Virus record (IMG/VR): IMGVR_UViG_3300033493_000001 | Span: 1,756 to 65,755 of that record | Source of the DNA: a virus | Lineage: Duplodnaviria > Caudoviricetes | Strand: one strand, 5' to 3' | DNA: 64,000 bases | Shown: piece by piece, positions 37,870-48,278 of the stretch | How the letters are laid out: the number at the start of each line of letters is the position of its first letter | Numbering within the stretch: position 1 is the stretch's first letter | Position numbers and translations under genes: made by a program | Notes under the pieces: generated by a model | What the model was told of the DNA's origin: nothing | Databases searched by the model: none | Seen by the model: only the letters and a program-made list of their open reading frames with translations

Positions 37870-37995
37870 GTATAACGCTACGCTTGAGGCGCACGCCGAG
37901 AACGAAACCGCTGAAAGGGATGAAGATGAGCGGAACCAATGAACGTGAAGAAACCACAGCGGTAGGCGTGTCGCCACTCCAAGCGGTTGTTAGCG
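37870..37995 (-). other. attC site (126 bp), top strand on -
   Basis: On +: GTATAAC-GCTACGC-TTGAGGCGCACGCC...GGCGTG[T]CGCCACTC[C]AA-GCGGTT-GTTAGCG; canonical 7/6 spacings. Confidence 0.7.
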
Positions 37996-38132
37996 CAGTG
38001 CAATGCGATAGATGCGGATCGACTATTAGTTTGTTGATCTGCACCTTGTCTGATCGCGGCGACATCCTGTGCCTGGACTGCGCGGACCCGGTTGGTAGGC
38101 GCGCTCCGTTGTTTTCGCGCGCTAATAGGTGA
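37920..38132 (+). CDS. Cassette-borne small protein with two CxxC motifs
   Basis: Starts inside the attC loop; CDRC..CLDC; stop lies in the attI-like site. Confidence 0.6.
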   Translation: MKMSGTNEREETTAVGVSPLQAVVSAVQCDRCGSTISLLICTLSDRGDILCLDCADPVGRRAPLFSRANR

Positions 38133-38167
38133 TAGACGGACGAGTTCCGACTAACTCCACATTACGG
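38120..38167 (-). other. attI-like site
   Basis: - strand CCGTAAT-GTGGA-GTTAGTC..CCGTCTAT-CACCT-ATTAGCG; closely matches 18990-19034. Confidence 0.6.
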
Positions 38168-38529
38168 ACAACGATTTGGGTGCGCGCAGGACACAGATAA
38201 ATGACCGAGCCATGGATTTATACAGTTTCGAAGCTTACGGCGATGACCGAGCGAGCAGAACGCGCAGAGCGAGAACTCGCCGAAGCAAAAAGCCGCATCG
38301 CGCAGCTGGAAACGGCGTGCGAGCTGAAGGACGCGGTGATTGCGAGGATGGAAGCGAAATCGCAGGAGGAAGTGAAATGAATTGGCCAGAAGCATTTGCG
38401 ATGGTTGGTGTTGCGTTCGCGGTGGCGTGGTGGCTTCGCTCATAATGAACCAGGAGGAAGTGAAGTGATCAACGAACGCGAAATGCTGGCGCTTGCGGCG
38501 AGAGCGGCCGAAATTGGGAGACAAATTAA

Positions 38530-40692
38530 GTGAACCACAAAGACGAATTGATGAAGCTAGTCTGGGAGATTTTTGAAGAGTCTAGTTCGATTGAGTGCGC
38601 TACGACGCGCGCGAAGATGGCTGCGTGGGCCTCGCGCATCAGAGCCATCGCCGCCTCGCTGGAAGCGGATGAGCCGGTGGCGGAGATTGTCCAAGCTACC
38701 GAATACGACGGCATGGCCACGCCGACATCGCCTAATGGCGCGTTGACGTATCACCGAGATATTGATTACGACCAAGACGTGATCGACTCGCTTCCTGTCG
38801 GAACAAAGCTGTATGCCGACCTACCGCCCGACACCTGCAAGCCGCGTAATTCTCCGGGAACAAATCCACCAAAGTCTCGCTATATCTGCACAAAATGCGG
38901 CTATTGTGGAGATACAGCAATACATGACGGATGCGGTTACGAGGCACACAAGCTCCCGCCTAAAGACACCTGCAAGCCGCTGGTGGATGCGCTGGAGAAG
39001 ATCATAAATATCGCCCCTTCGAGCGGTCCGCTTTGGTCGTTCTCCGAAGAAATCGTTGGTGCCCGAGAAGCCCTTGTCGCCCACAGGAAGGAGAGCGGCC
39101 GTGGATGACGCCGAACCCATCCACGTCATTATTGGCGTTCTAGACGAGACACGCAAGGAGCCCATCGAATATCTGATGCATCCGGACGGCGTGCAGTTCG
39201 GCGCACAATACACGAAAACCGATCTCGAAATAAGTCGTGCCGTCTTGCTTGATTTGGCGGATGCGTTGGGCGAGAAACTGCGGATGATGGTGAATTAGGA
39301 GCGAGCCGTGGATAGAAAAGAAGTGATGCAGATTGCGAGGGAGGCGGAGATTCCTCTTCCTACAGACTGGGTAATGGCGCTTTCCGGAATTTATCCTTTC
39401 GCGATGGCCACGATGGAGCAGATTGAACGTTTCGCCTCTCTCGTCGCCGAGCGTGCGCGGGAGGAGGAGCGGGAGAAGGTCGCCGAGGAGACTGAGATTC
39501 TGCGTGAGATTGGCGAGAACATCCTAGTTCAGAATAACCGCTGCACAGACCGGCCGATGTTCATCGTTCAGCAAAAGGTGCGTACATGCGGCTTCGACCC
39601 CGATTATGCTGATGACGATGGCATAACCTGGGTTAACACAGACGGTGTAGCCGATGACGAGGAAGCGGCGGAACTGGAAGCCGCCTACCAAGAGACGCTT
39701 AAAGAGCCGGACGGGTGGACGCGCACGGTATGTATAGAGCGGTGGGAGTTCGTGACCGCCTGTTTCACGGAACAAGGCTGCAAAGACTATCTGGCAGCAG
39801 ATGGCCACAACCTTCGGGAGCCGCGCATCTATGCGGATGGGAGCTACCGCAATCACGAATTCCGCAAGCTGCACGCTTTGATGACGGAGTGCGCCATCCG
39901 CGCCAGGGGCACGAAATGATCGACACTACAGAACTCATTGCTCGCCTACGCGCCGCAGCCGACGTTGCCGAGGCTGGCGACAAAATAGAATGGGCCGAGA
40001 CCATGCGGGAGGCGGCAAGACAATTGCGCGCCACGCTACCGGCCGAACCGCAAAGCAGCCTACGAACCATAGTTGAATATCACGATGATCCCGTATGGCA
40101 GCCTATGTCCGTACTCGATTTGCTGCCGGCGCTGATACTGGCAAGCGGAGGGCGCCTGATGCTGGACAACTTTGACGCCAAGTACATCGACGCTCGGATC
40201 GACATGCGAGGAGGGCGCGTATTGCTAAAGGAAGGAAACTGCCGGGACCGAAAGCCTCGGTATATCGTGGCGAGTGCGGAGACAGTAAACGCGAATAAGG
40301 AGACTGGTGATGAGTAACTTGTTGTGGCCTTTGATTGCATTCGTTTCTGGGCTTTCGATCACGTGGTTGATGGCCACTATAACGTTGCTAGACGATGCGC
40401 AAGACGGCCGCCGGCTCAATTCGGAAATCGCTGCGGCCGTCTCAGAATGCGAGAAAGAGCTTCCGCGCACGCAACATTGCGTTCCGGTAATCGCAGCAAA
40501 GAGAAGCGAGAAATGAGCAAGCCCGTTCCGCTAGGCGAGATATTCCGCTCCTATGAGCGTGAGACGAACCCGTGCACGAAGTCGGCGTATCGGGTGATAT
40601 TGGTCAATCGGTTGAATGCACTGGAGAGTATGGAGAATCGGTTGAATGCACTGGAGCGCGGACAGAAGGAAAAGCGCAATGAGCAACCGTAA
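38530..40692 (+). CDS. Accessory early genes (38530-39108, 39308-39919, 39916-40317, 40307-40516, 40513-40692)
   Basis: Coupled + strand ORFs; 39308-39919 carries the WEFVTACFTEQGC motif typical of lambdoid ea/ead-region proteins. Confidence 0.6.
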
Positions 40693-40866
40693 CTACCTAT
40701 CATGCGCAATCACACGCCCTCTTCGTGACGAGCGATGGGCCAAGCGATTCGTGAAACTGCGCCGCGATGGAAAATGGCACATAAGGAGGCATGGAGCGGC
40801 GCTATTTTGGCATGTGAGAACGCTCAGGAAAATCGATGCGATGTTCCGGTTTATGGGGAGGATGAG

Positions 40867-41166
40867 GTGAGCAAATTAATAACCGTCCGGCAGGCGGCCG
40901 ACTCGCTTTCTATCTCTCCGAAGCAGTTGCGACGCCTCATAGACGATGGTCAGATCCCCGTGATCCCTTGCGGCCGAGGGGCGAAAGGGGATCGGATTGA
41001 TCCCGAAGATGTCGAAGTCTACAAGCGCCGCGTAAAGAGGCTAAAGAGCGTCCCATGTCTATCTTCAAACGTGGTGAGATTTGGTGGGTTGAAGTTAAAG
41101 TCGGTGGAATCAGAATTAGAGAATCTGCTGGCCCCCAAGCGACGCAAAAAGACGCGCGCGAACTAG
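40867..41166 (+). CDS. xis: Excisionase (MerR-like HTH)
   Basis: LITVRQAADSLSISPKQLRRLI..G.IP..RIDPEDV; overlaps int. Confidence 0.8.
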   Translation: MSKLITVRQAADSLSISPKQLRRLIDDGQIPVIPCGRGAKGDRIDPEDVEVYKRRVKRLKSVPCLSSNVVRFGGLKLKSVESELENLLAPKRRKKTRAN

Positions 41167-42032
41167 AGGCGCGCATTCGCGCCAGGGCGCTTGATGACCG
41201 CCTGCAGGCCAAGATGGGGAAGACGCCGTGCAGGACATTCGACGAGGCGCTGCTTCGCTGGCTGAAGGACGAAGGCTCTACGCTCAAAGACCCCGGCCTA
41301 CGGGCGCGCGCAAGGCTGGTGCTGCCGCACATCAAAGGCGTATGGCTTGAGCAAGTCCCCGACGCCTCCGCCAACATGCGGCAGAAGTTCATCGCGCAAG
41401 GACTGAAGCCGGCCACGATCAATCGCCGCCTAGCCATTATCAGGCGCGTCCTGAACTGCGCCTATGACTGGGGATGGGTTACAGAGAAGGTCGGGCGGCG
41501 CATCAAATTGCTCGCCGAGCACAATGAGCGGTACGTGTATCTAACGCGCGACGAAGTGATGTCCCTTGCCGCCGCGGCCGGCGACGCTGGGCCTATGATC
41601 TGGCAGTTGGCCTACACGGGGCTCCGGTTATCCGAACTGTTCCGCCTGACCGCTGATAACGTGGTCGGCGATGTAATCGCGCTTAGCTCTAACACAAAGA
41701 GCGGAAAGCCGCGCATTGTCCCCATACACTCTGAGATTGCGCATTACCCCATTCCGGTGACGATTACGCGGAACCAATTCCGGCGACGGTTCGAAGAGGC
41801 CCGGGTCAAGATCGGAAAGCCCGGCCTGCACGCTCACGACCTGCGCCACACGTTCGCTTCATGGCTGGTGCAATCGGGCGCCAGCATGACGGCCGTGCGC
41901 GACCTGATGGGGCATGCCCACCTTGGGGTGACGAGTCGATATGCTCACCTGCATGACGATCACCTGCGCGCGGCACTGAAGAAAGTGGGACACAAAAAGG
42001 CCCACACCAAGAAAAGCCGCAATGCCGAGTGA
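41055..42032 (+). CDS. int: Tyrosine integrase
   Basis: TGLRLSEL, K(SGKPR), HDLRHTFASW, GH..VTSRYAH; N-terminal arm-binding-like domain. Confidence 0.95.
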   Translation: MSIFKRGEIWWVEVKVGGIRIRESAGPQATQKDARELEARIRARALDDRLQAKMGKTPCRTFDEALLRWLKDEGSTLKDPGLRARARLVLPHIKGVWLEQVPDASANMRQKFIAQGLKPATINRRLAIIRRVLNCAYDWGWVTEKVGRRIKLLAEHNERYVYLTRDEVMSLAAAAGDAGPMIWQLAYTGLRLSELFRLTADNVVGDVIALSSNTKSGKPRIVPIHSEIAHYPIPVTITRNQFRRRFEEARVKIGKPGLHAHDLRHTFASWLVQSGASMTAVRDLMGHAHLGVTSRYAHLHDDHLRAALKKVGHKKAHTKKSRNAE

Positions 42033-42215
42033 ATCTCGCAAGCGATTGATTTTGAATGGTGCCCGGGACCGGAATCGAACCGGTATGGCCTTGCGGCCGA
42101 GAGATTTTAAGTCCGTTCTACGGAACCGAGAATCAATGATTTCAATGGCTTGCATCGGACTATCAAGCCGCAGATATCCACATTTAGCCCAAAATGGGCC
42201 ACAATTTGGCCCACA
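41986..42215. other. attP: core is the 3' half of tRNA-Leu(TAA) at 42057-42113 (-), with arm-type repeats on both sides
   Basis: GACTTAAAATCTCTCGGCCGCAAGGCCATACCGGTTCGATTCCGGTCCCGGGCACCA; arms TGGGACACAAAAAGGCCCACA (41986) and TGGGCCACAATTTGGCCCACA (42195). Confidence 0.88.
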
Positions 42216-42648
42216 CTCGAACGCGGGCAACTAGATGACGATTGGCCGCATCCGACGGCCAAGAACTGTATAGGCAATCAGCAGAAGTAGACCGGCAAGT
42301 CCGGGGAGGAGGTGAGCGATGAACAGAACCATTGACGTGTACCACGACCAGATAGGCGAGAAGCTGGACGAACTAGCCGACCTCTCGGAGAACTGGAAGC
42401 GCAACCGAGAGAAAGGCAGAGACGCCGGCGCGATTCGTGCGGCAATGATAATGCTGGCGCAAGAAGTGGTGGCCATTGTTGGCACTCACAGCGGTGGCCC
42501 CACCGGGGTTATGGACTGCGCGGCTGTACAATCCTAATGAGCGCCTACCGCGATCTCATGCCCATAATATGGTTCCTGGTGGCCATGGTTGTAGGCATGG
42601 CTGTTGGCGCAACTCTGGCGGAAATGTTCGCATGCTAGGTGAAAAATA

Positions 42649-43146
42649 ATGGAACAACGAGCCCGCGCCTTTGCCGAGTCCGCCCATGCCGGCCAGGTCC
42701 GCAAGTACACAGGCGAGCCCTACATTACGCATCCGGCCGCCGTTGTCGAGCTGGTGCGCAGCGTGCCGCACACCCCGCATATGATTGCCGCGGCATGGCT
42801 GCATGACGTGGTGGAGGATACCCCAATCACGCTGAGCATCATCGAGGCTGCTTTCGGGTCAAAGGTGTCCGTCCTGGTCGAGCAACTGACGGACGTAAGC
42901 CGCCCCGAGGATGGCAACCGCAAGACCCGCAAGGCCATCGACCGCGAACACACGGCCCGCGCTTCGCCGGAAGCGAAGACCATCAAGCTCGCTGACCTGA
43001 TAGACAATACGCGGCCTATCGTCGAGCGTGATCCGGAATTCGCCCGGGTCTATCTGGAAGAAAAGCGGTTGCTTCTGGAGGCGCTGACCGAGGGCGATCC
43101 GGTGCTGTATGCGATGGCGAATACGATAACGGGAGAGAATGCATGA
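42649..43146 (+). CDS. HD-domain phosphohydrolase (SpoT/Mesh1-like)
   Basis: AHAGQVRK..GEPYITHP..AAWLHDVVEDT..IKLADLIDN. Confidence 0.88.
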   Translation: MEQRARAFAESAHAGQVRKYTGEPYITHPAAVVELVRSVPHTPHMIAAAWLHDVVEDTPITLSIIEAAFGSKVSVLVEQLTDVSRPEDGNRKTRKAIDREHTARASPEAKTIKLADLIDNTRPIVERDPEFARVYLEEKRLLLEALTEGDPVLYAMANTITGENA

Positions 43147-43430
43147 CCGAGAAACAGAAGGCCGGCATCAAGCGAGTCGGAAAAGACCTGTCGAAAGCGG
43201 CGCAGGACGGGAAGCGCATGGTGGACAAAGTGCAGTTCCCGCCGAAGGCGCGAGGCAAGAAGAAATGAAATCGACATTCAAAGATATTGGCGGAATTTTC
43301 CCAACGTCTTTTGACCTTCCTGAGATGTGGAGGCTCAACGCAAGCCGCTGCGGAGGGCGATTCAATAAGCTGTTCTTCTGGGCGTACCCGGTCGTCGGGG
43401 TGATCCTTATTCCCTATACGCTTCTGTGCC

Positions 43431-43895
43431 TTATCGAACACTGGCTGAGCGCCTGAACTCCCATGGCGGGACCGGATTAGGCAAGCTCCACAATCCGCGC
43501 GCGGCCTCCCTCGCCTCGTCTTCGAGCGCGAACAGGGCCTTGTCTCTGGCGTACTTGCGATAGATCCAGGCATTGCCCGAGCGCACCATTTCGGCACTCA
43601 CGTCCGTCTCGCCCACGAGAACGCGACCAAGCATGCGCTGATAGCGGTCCTTGCCATTCTCGACCACAGTCACGACGCGGCCGAATACGAGGTCAGATAG
43701 CGCCTGACGGGCTTTCGTGCCCCATGCCTGTCGCTTCTCCGGTGCGTCAATTTCAGTGAGGCGCACCTTAACCTGTCGGACATCTACGAGGACCGTGATT
43801 GTGTCGCCGTCGGTAACTCCGACCACTCGGCCGGTGAAATCGGCAAGGCAGATAGCCGGGGCAATCATGGCCGCAAACGCGATGACGAGGCGCAT
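43431..43895 (-). CDS. Thermonuclease (SNase-like) with signal peptide
   Basis: V.DGDT..VRL..IDAPE..DRY.R.LG..G.AW. Confidence 0.92.
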   Translation of the reverse strand: MRLVIAFAAMIAPAICLADFTGRVVGVTDGDTITVLVDVRQVKVRLTEIDAPEKRQAWGTKARQALSDLVFGRVVTVVENGKDRYQRMLGRVLVGETDVSAEMVRSGNAWIYRKYARDKALFALEDEAREAARGLWSLPNPVPPWEFRRSASVR

Positions 43896-44037
43896 AGGTG
43901 CGTTCTCTGGTGAAGGGACGGTCAGTATAGGGCGGAAATGAAAAACCCCGCCAGGGCGAGCCGTAGCGGGGTTGTGTTCGGCTGAATGGTCACACCTACA
44001 AACCCTTATGCGCCGGGGCTCGGAAAGGTTTGGTCAT

Positions 44038-45229
44038 TTAGGTGACGCTTGGATCTTCACCAAATATGTTTTCAGCCACCCAGTCATACCATTTGCCCAA
44101 GAATTCCCTGTCCCGGCCCGTTGCCTCATCCACCATCTTCTCGATGGAGCTCCTGAGCACAACGGTTCTTACGTCCCAGCCGGTATCCTTCTCGAAGGCT
44201 TTAACGATCTCTTCTTTGCTGGCCGCCCATACTGCGCATGACATGAACGCCCCCGCCATCGCTGGCCAGCAATAGGGCGTCTTCGTCATGCCGAATGGCA
44301 GGCTTGGCAGTTCGTCGGTTTCGCTATGCTTGTTCATGAGCCCTCTCGGTCAGATCGTCTATCTGCTTCAGCCCGGACTCCACCATGTGCAAACAGCCCT
44401 CAATAGTTATTCCCGACACCCCCGCGAACTGCTCCCGGTAGTCGTCCAGGTAGTGCCGGACCAGCTCCAGCACGCACCGGGCGTTCTCCGAGATGATGCC
44501 GATTCGCTCCAGGGTATCCGTCAGAGCGGGTCTTGATTGGACCAGCTTCAGTACGCTAGTATTCGACATGGTTCATCGCCTTCAGTTTTGAGCCAACCCT
44601 AAGCCCCGCGAGATGGCCGTCTCCGGGGCTTTCTTTTTGGTCATTCGCTTTGCGACCAATCGATCCGGTCGCTCCCGCTCTTCCTCATGTTGGCAACGCT
44701 ATCCGCCGTGAAGGCTCCCAGTGCCTCATGAAGTTTCTGCATCCGCTGGCGGCCTGATTTGATCAGGCCCCACAAGCCATCGATCTCTTCGTCAAGAACG
44801 CCCTCTTCAGAGTTTTCCGCGATTCGTTCCAGCATCGCTTCCATGTACTGGATATCGTCAGTGGAGAGGATCGCGGCCGCATTGCCGTTGTAGACGGCGC
44901 GGTGGACGGTTGTTCCATTCGGCCATGTTGCTATTTCCTCCGGCGCAAGCTGGGGCGATGATCCATACACGTGGTATCTTGTTTCGTCTGTCATGTGATT
45001 CCCGTTCCCGTCAGTTGATGCCTTGCCCATATAACTCATGCCACAAGTCGGCGGGCATATAGTTCTTGGCGCATTCTCGGCAGCAGTCGTGAAAGTCGTC
45101 TTCATCGGTCATGCCGATGTCGTCTTTTGCCTCTTTGATCGCCTCCGACGTCCAAACACGCCCAAGCTCTCCGCCACAGTCGGGACAAACGCCTGTCATG
45201 AGCATTTGCTCGGATGCTTTCGTGCTCAC
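44038..45229 (-). CDS. Four small hypothetical genes (44038-44337, 44324-44569, 44641-about 44994, 45011-45229)
   Basis: - strand ORFs downstream of the antirepressor. Confidence 0.55.
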
Positions 45230-46008
45230 GCCATCGCTCCCGAGGAAATAAGCTCGGAAAGCTTCGCAAGCCCCCTTGGCGTCACCATCACCTGCTCCTT
45301 CAGGAACTCATTCCCTTCCGCATCAATAATGGTGGCGGTCTTAACGTTCAGATACCCGGCGACGATCTTGTCCTGGTAGGCGATATTCCTCTTGCCACCG
45401 GGGCGCTTGTAGATCCATTTCTTCTGCCGGAGCGTGTTGCAGAACTTGTTCGGCGGCTGCTGCAACGCCTTTGCCGCCACCTGCAACGGCAGATCCCCAT
45501 CGGCGGCGGATATGCGCTCCAGCGCCTCCACCTTCGGGGCTTGCTCTTCGACTTTGCTCTGAAGGATTTCCTTCTCGGCCTCTACCCTGGCTTTGGCCTC
45601 GGCGAGATCGGCCGCCAGTCTCAGCGCGTCAGGCAACGTTTCGGGGACGCGGAATGCCGTTTGCTGCTCTTTGGCTCGGAAATATCCCTTCACAAGTTGG
45701 CGCTGTACCTGCCAAGCCCGGTCATCAGTCAAAGACTTGACCAGCATCAGATAGCCGGATTCCGTGAGGACGATTAACCCGCGCGGAGGCACTTCAATTC
45801 CAAATCGGCGAAATTCGTCCTTTTTAGAAAAATCAATGAGATAGAAATCCTCTCCTTCAACGAACCTCGGCCTGTTCTCAGTGAAATTGCGCTTTGCCGT
45901 TCCTTCTGGCCTCATGTGAAGCGCGTCCGTCATTGCGAAGGTAATAACCCTTTTCTCATCGTACTCAACGATAGAGACCTGAACATCTGCCACTGTGATG
46001 CTGTTCAT
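45226..46008 (-). CDS. ant: Antirepressor (ORF6N N-terminal plus ANT/KilAC C-terminal domain)
   Basis: RVITF..D..H.RPEGTA..NF..N; GYLMLVKSLTDDRAW; PETLPDALRLAAD; VTPRGL. Confidence 0.88.
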   Translation of the reverse strand: MNSITVADVQVSIVEYDEKRVITFAMTDALHMRPEGTAKRNFTENRPRFVEGEDFYLIDFSKKDEFRRFGIEVPPRGLIVLTESGYLMLVKSLTDDRAWQVQRQLVKGYFRAKEQQTAFRVPETLPDALRLAADLAEAKARVEAEKEILQSKVEEQAPKVEALERISAADGDLPLQVAAKALQQPPNKFCNTLRQKKWIYKRPGGKRNIAYQDKIVAGYLNVKTATIIDAEGNEFLKEQVMVTPRGLAKLSELISSGAMA

Positions 46009-46202
46009 GCCCGCACCTCCCGTTCCGCCCTTGCCTCTCTCAGCGCCTTTTCGACGAACTTCACAATTTGCATATTCATCGAGCGCCCCTCCCCTTCGGC
46101 ATATTGCTTTACGCCGTCGCGAAGATGGATCGGGAACCTGACTTGGAACCGCGCCTCTAACCCTTTGGATTGATTCGAGCTTTTTCCCGTTTCTGTCTGC
46201 AT
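46005..46202 (-). CDS. arc: Arc-family repressor
   Basis: FQVRFP..LRD.VK..A..EGRSMN.QIV. Confidence 0.85.
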   Translation of the reverse strand: MQTETGKSSNQSKGLEARFQVRFPIHLRDGVKQYAEGEGRSMNMQIVKFVEKALREARAEREVRA

Positions 46203-46301
46203 TGACCATTTGCCCTCTATAGTCACTATCACAGTGACAGCCTAATCCGTCACTATGCCAGTGTCAAGACATAGTGACGGACGTAGTGATATTCTTTTTG
46301 C

Positions 46302-46787
46302 ATGGGCAAACAAGACGACTTCTTCCGGACGCAGGTTCGTTTTCCCGCAGAACTGCATGAAAAGCTTGTTGCTGCCGCCACAGCTCAGTCACGCAGCATG
46401 AATGCCGAGCTTGTCGCGAGGCTGGACAGCACCTTCGTCGGCTCTGCCAAACCTTCTTCATGCGCAGAGATCCAAGAGAACTATGCCCGCCTCCTGAAGA
46501 AGTACGAGGCGCTGATGTCCGAGTTCGCCGCCTTCGTCAACTCCGACAAGCGGCTCCGCGAGACCCTTCATCTGCTGGCCGCCAAATACAGCGATGAGCT
46601 TGTGAATATGGCGCTCAGCGAGCTTCCAGACCGGAAGATTGCGGAAATCAAAGAGGCCCTGGCCACTCGCGACCATGCGCAGGCCGGAATGGTGATGGAG
46701 GATGCGATTGCGGCCTTTGAACGCCAACTGGTGGCGCGAGGCGGCTATCGCCCAGCGCGAGGCGCGGAAGACAAAAAGCGCCGCTAG
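46302..46787 (+). CDS. Arc/Mnt-family repressor, divergent
   Basis: TQVRFPAELHEKL..AA..SRSMNAELVARL. Confidence 0.85.
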   Translation: MGKQDDFFRTQVRFPAELHEKLVAAATAQSRSMNAELVARLDSTFVGSAKPSSCAEIQENYARLLKKYEALMSEFAAFVNSDKRLRETLHLLAAKYSDELVNMALSELPDRKIAEIKEALATRDHAQAGMVMEDAIAAFERQLVARGGYRPARGAEDKKRR

Positions 46788-46865
46788 GCCAGGCGCAACC
46801 CGATCACATTGCGCCGGCCGCCCAGGGCGTGGCATGCTCCCTCTACCGCGAAACGGATAGCCGCC

Positions 46866-47390
46866 ATGAAACCGTACTACCTGCTCCTTCTCGCCGCCCT
46901 CCCGGTGCACGCCGAAGAGCTGCCATCCCTGCCCCTGTTCACGGCGCTCTGCACGGCCTCGCAGGCGGCCGGATTCGCGGCAGAGGGTGGTGGGCTGACC
47001 CCCGCCGCTCTGACGCCATCGACGTTCACGGTCCGCAAAATCGACCCAGACCTAGACCGGCCGAAGAATTTCGACGAGCGGTCTCCGTGCAACAAATCCA
47101 TGACGGCGGCCGATAACGACTACTCCTACGCTACCGGATGCTATGTTATCTCGACCGGCAAGCGTAAAACGTTCGCGTTCGCCGACGGGCGGGAATGCAT
47201 CGAGCGGTTCAAGGATGGAGAAATCCAGGCGGTCTACTGCGACACGCTCTCATTCCTGCCGAACGGGAATTTCGTGAAGGTGCCGAATGCCAAGGACGTT
47301 GAGCCGCTGGAGATAGACGCCGGCCTGCTCAAAATAAGCGTGGGCAAGTGCTCGGTGGTGGAGATGCAGAAAGAAGGTATGAAGAAATGA
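46866..47390 (+). CDS. Exported hypothetical protein
   Basis: Signal peptide MKPYYLLLLAALPVHA; several Cys. Confidence 0.65.
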   Translation: MKPYYLLLLAALPVHAEELPSLPLFTALCTASQAAGFAAEGGGLTPAALTPSTFTVRKIDPDLDRPKNFDERSPCNKSMTAADNDYSYATGCYVISTGKRKTFAFADGRECIERFKDGEIQAVYCDTLSFLPNGNFVKVPNAKDVEPLEIDAGLLKISVGKCSVVEMQKEGMKK

Positions 47391-47582
47391 CGTTGACGCG
47401 AATAAAATCCGTATTTTCCACAACGCGCGGATGCTGGCCTCTGCAAGTCTTTCACGGATTGTGGCTGCTATGCGCGGCTCTGGTGTTGGCAGAGATTATG
47501 GTTACGGGGGCGTGGTTGGTCATTGATATTTTTGGCGTGTGACAGGTGTATCCGCCCGGCTCGGTGGTGAGCGAGGGGCGCC

Positions 47583-47915
47583 CTACTCTTCTTCCTCGGT
47601 AATAGGGCCTGTTGGCAACTTCGCCCCTATCATTAGCCTCAAGTGGCTTGCAGGGTGTCCTTTTTTGTTCGATTCTGAGGCGGCGTAGAACTCGGCCTTT
47701 GTGACGCCCGCCTGCCCGATGATGCTCTTGATGTCGTCGCGCTTTACCTCGCCATTATGGCAAGCGAGGGTCGCTTTGAACTTCGAGCCGCCAACGACCT
47801 TTTCCCATTGCGTATGGGATGTGCCAGTATTGCGCCGCTCTTCAAACATGAGGTTTTGGAGTGCGCGCCGCGCCTTACGGCATGGCATGGGCTTGATGCG
47901 AAATATCCCTATCAC
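47583..47915 (-). CDS. HicA-like toxin
   Basis: GTSH..W..TL..H..I..IIGQAGVTKAEF. Confidence 0.65.
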   Translation of the reverse strand: MIGIFRIKPMPCRKARRALQNLMFEERRNTGTSHTQWEKVVGGSKFKATLACHNGEVKRDDIKSIIGQAGVTKAEFYAASESNKKGHPASHLRLMIGAKLPTGPITEEEE

Positions 47916-47930
47916 ACAACTCTTTCGCGA

Positions 47931-48278
47931 TTAAAGCGGCCTCATGGGCACGGGCTCTGTGAAGGGCAGCGCCGAGAAATGACGTGCTGCGTGGAAGAAT
48001 CTATTTAGCCAATGAGCAATCATGACCCTGGCGCGGATGGTGTAATACTTCCACCAAAAATACGCCGGCGCCGAGCGGTGGAGAAGCTGGTCGGCGTACT
48101 CGCGGTCATCCGTCAGGGCTTCCTTGATATACTCCTTCAAGAAGCCCGCCAGCATCTTCCTTGCTTCATTGTACGAAGCGGCGCGAGCATAGATGTTAAG
48201 GTCCACGCAAATGGCAAACCATTCTGATTCGCCCTGCTTTTCTGCATAGCACCTAAGGATGATTTCTTCTGGTTTCAC
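47931..48278 (-). CDS. HicB-like (DUF1902-type) antitoxin
   Basis: WFAICVDLNIYARAASYNEARKML. Confidence 0.65.
   Translation of the reverse strand: MKPEEIILRCYAEKQGESEWFAICVDLNIYARAASYNEARKMLAGFLKEYIKEALTDDREYADQLLHRSAPAYFWWKYYTIRARVMIAHWLNRFFHAARHFSALPFTEPVPMRPL

Noticed and set aside
41055-42032. Integrase as the integron integrase acting on the attC sites
   Set aside because: It has an arm-binding-like N-terminus, overlaps xis, abuts a tRNA attP, and shows no obvious IntI-specific insertion before the HxxR box. An HMM comparison would settle it
42057-42113. Complete tRNA-Leu gene
   Set aside because: Only the anticodon loop to CCA is present; the 5' half is missing, as expected for attP
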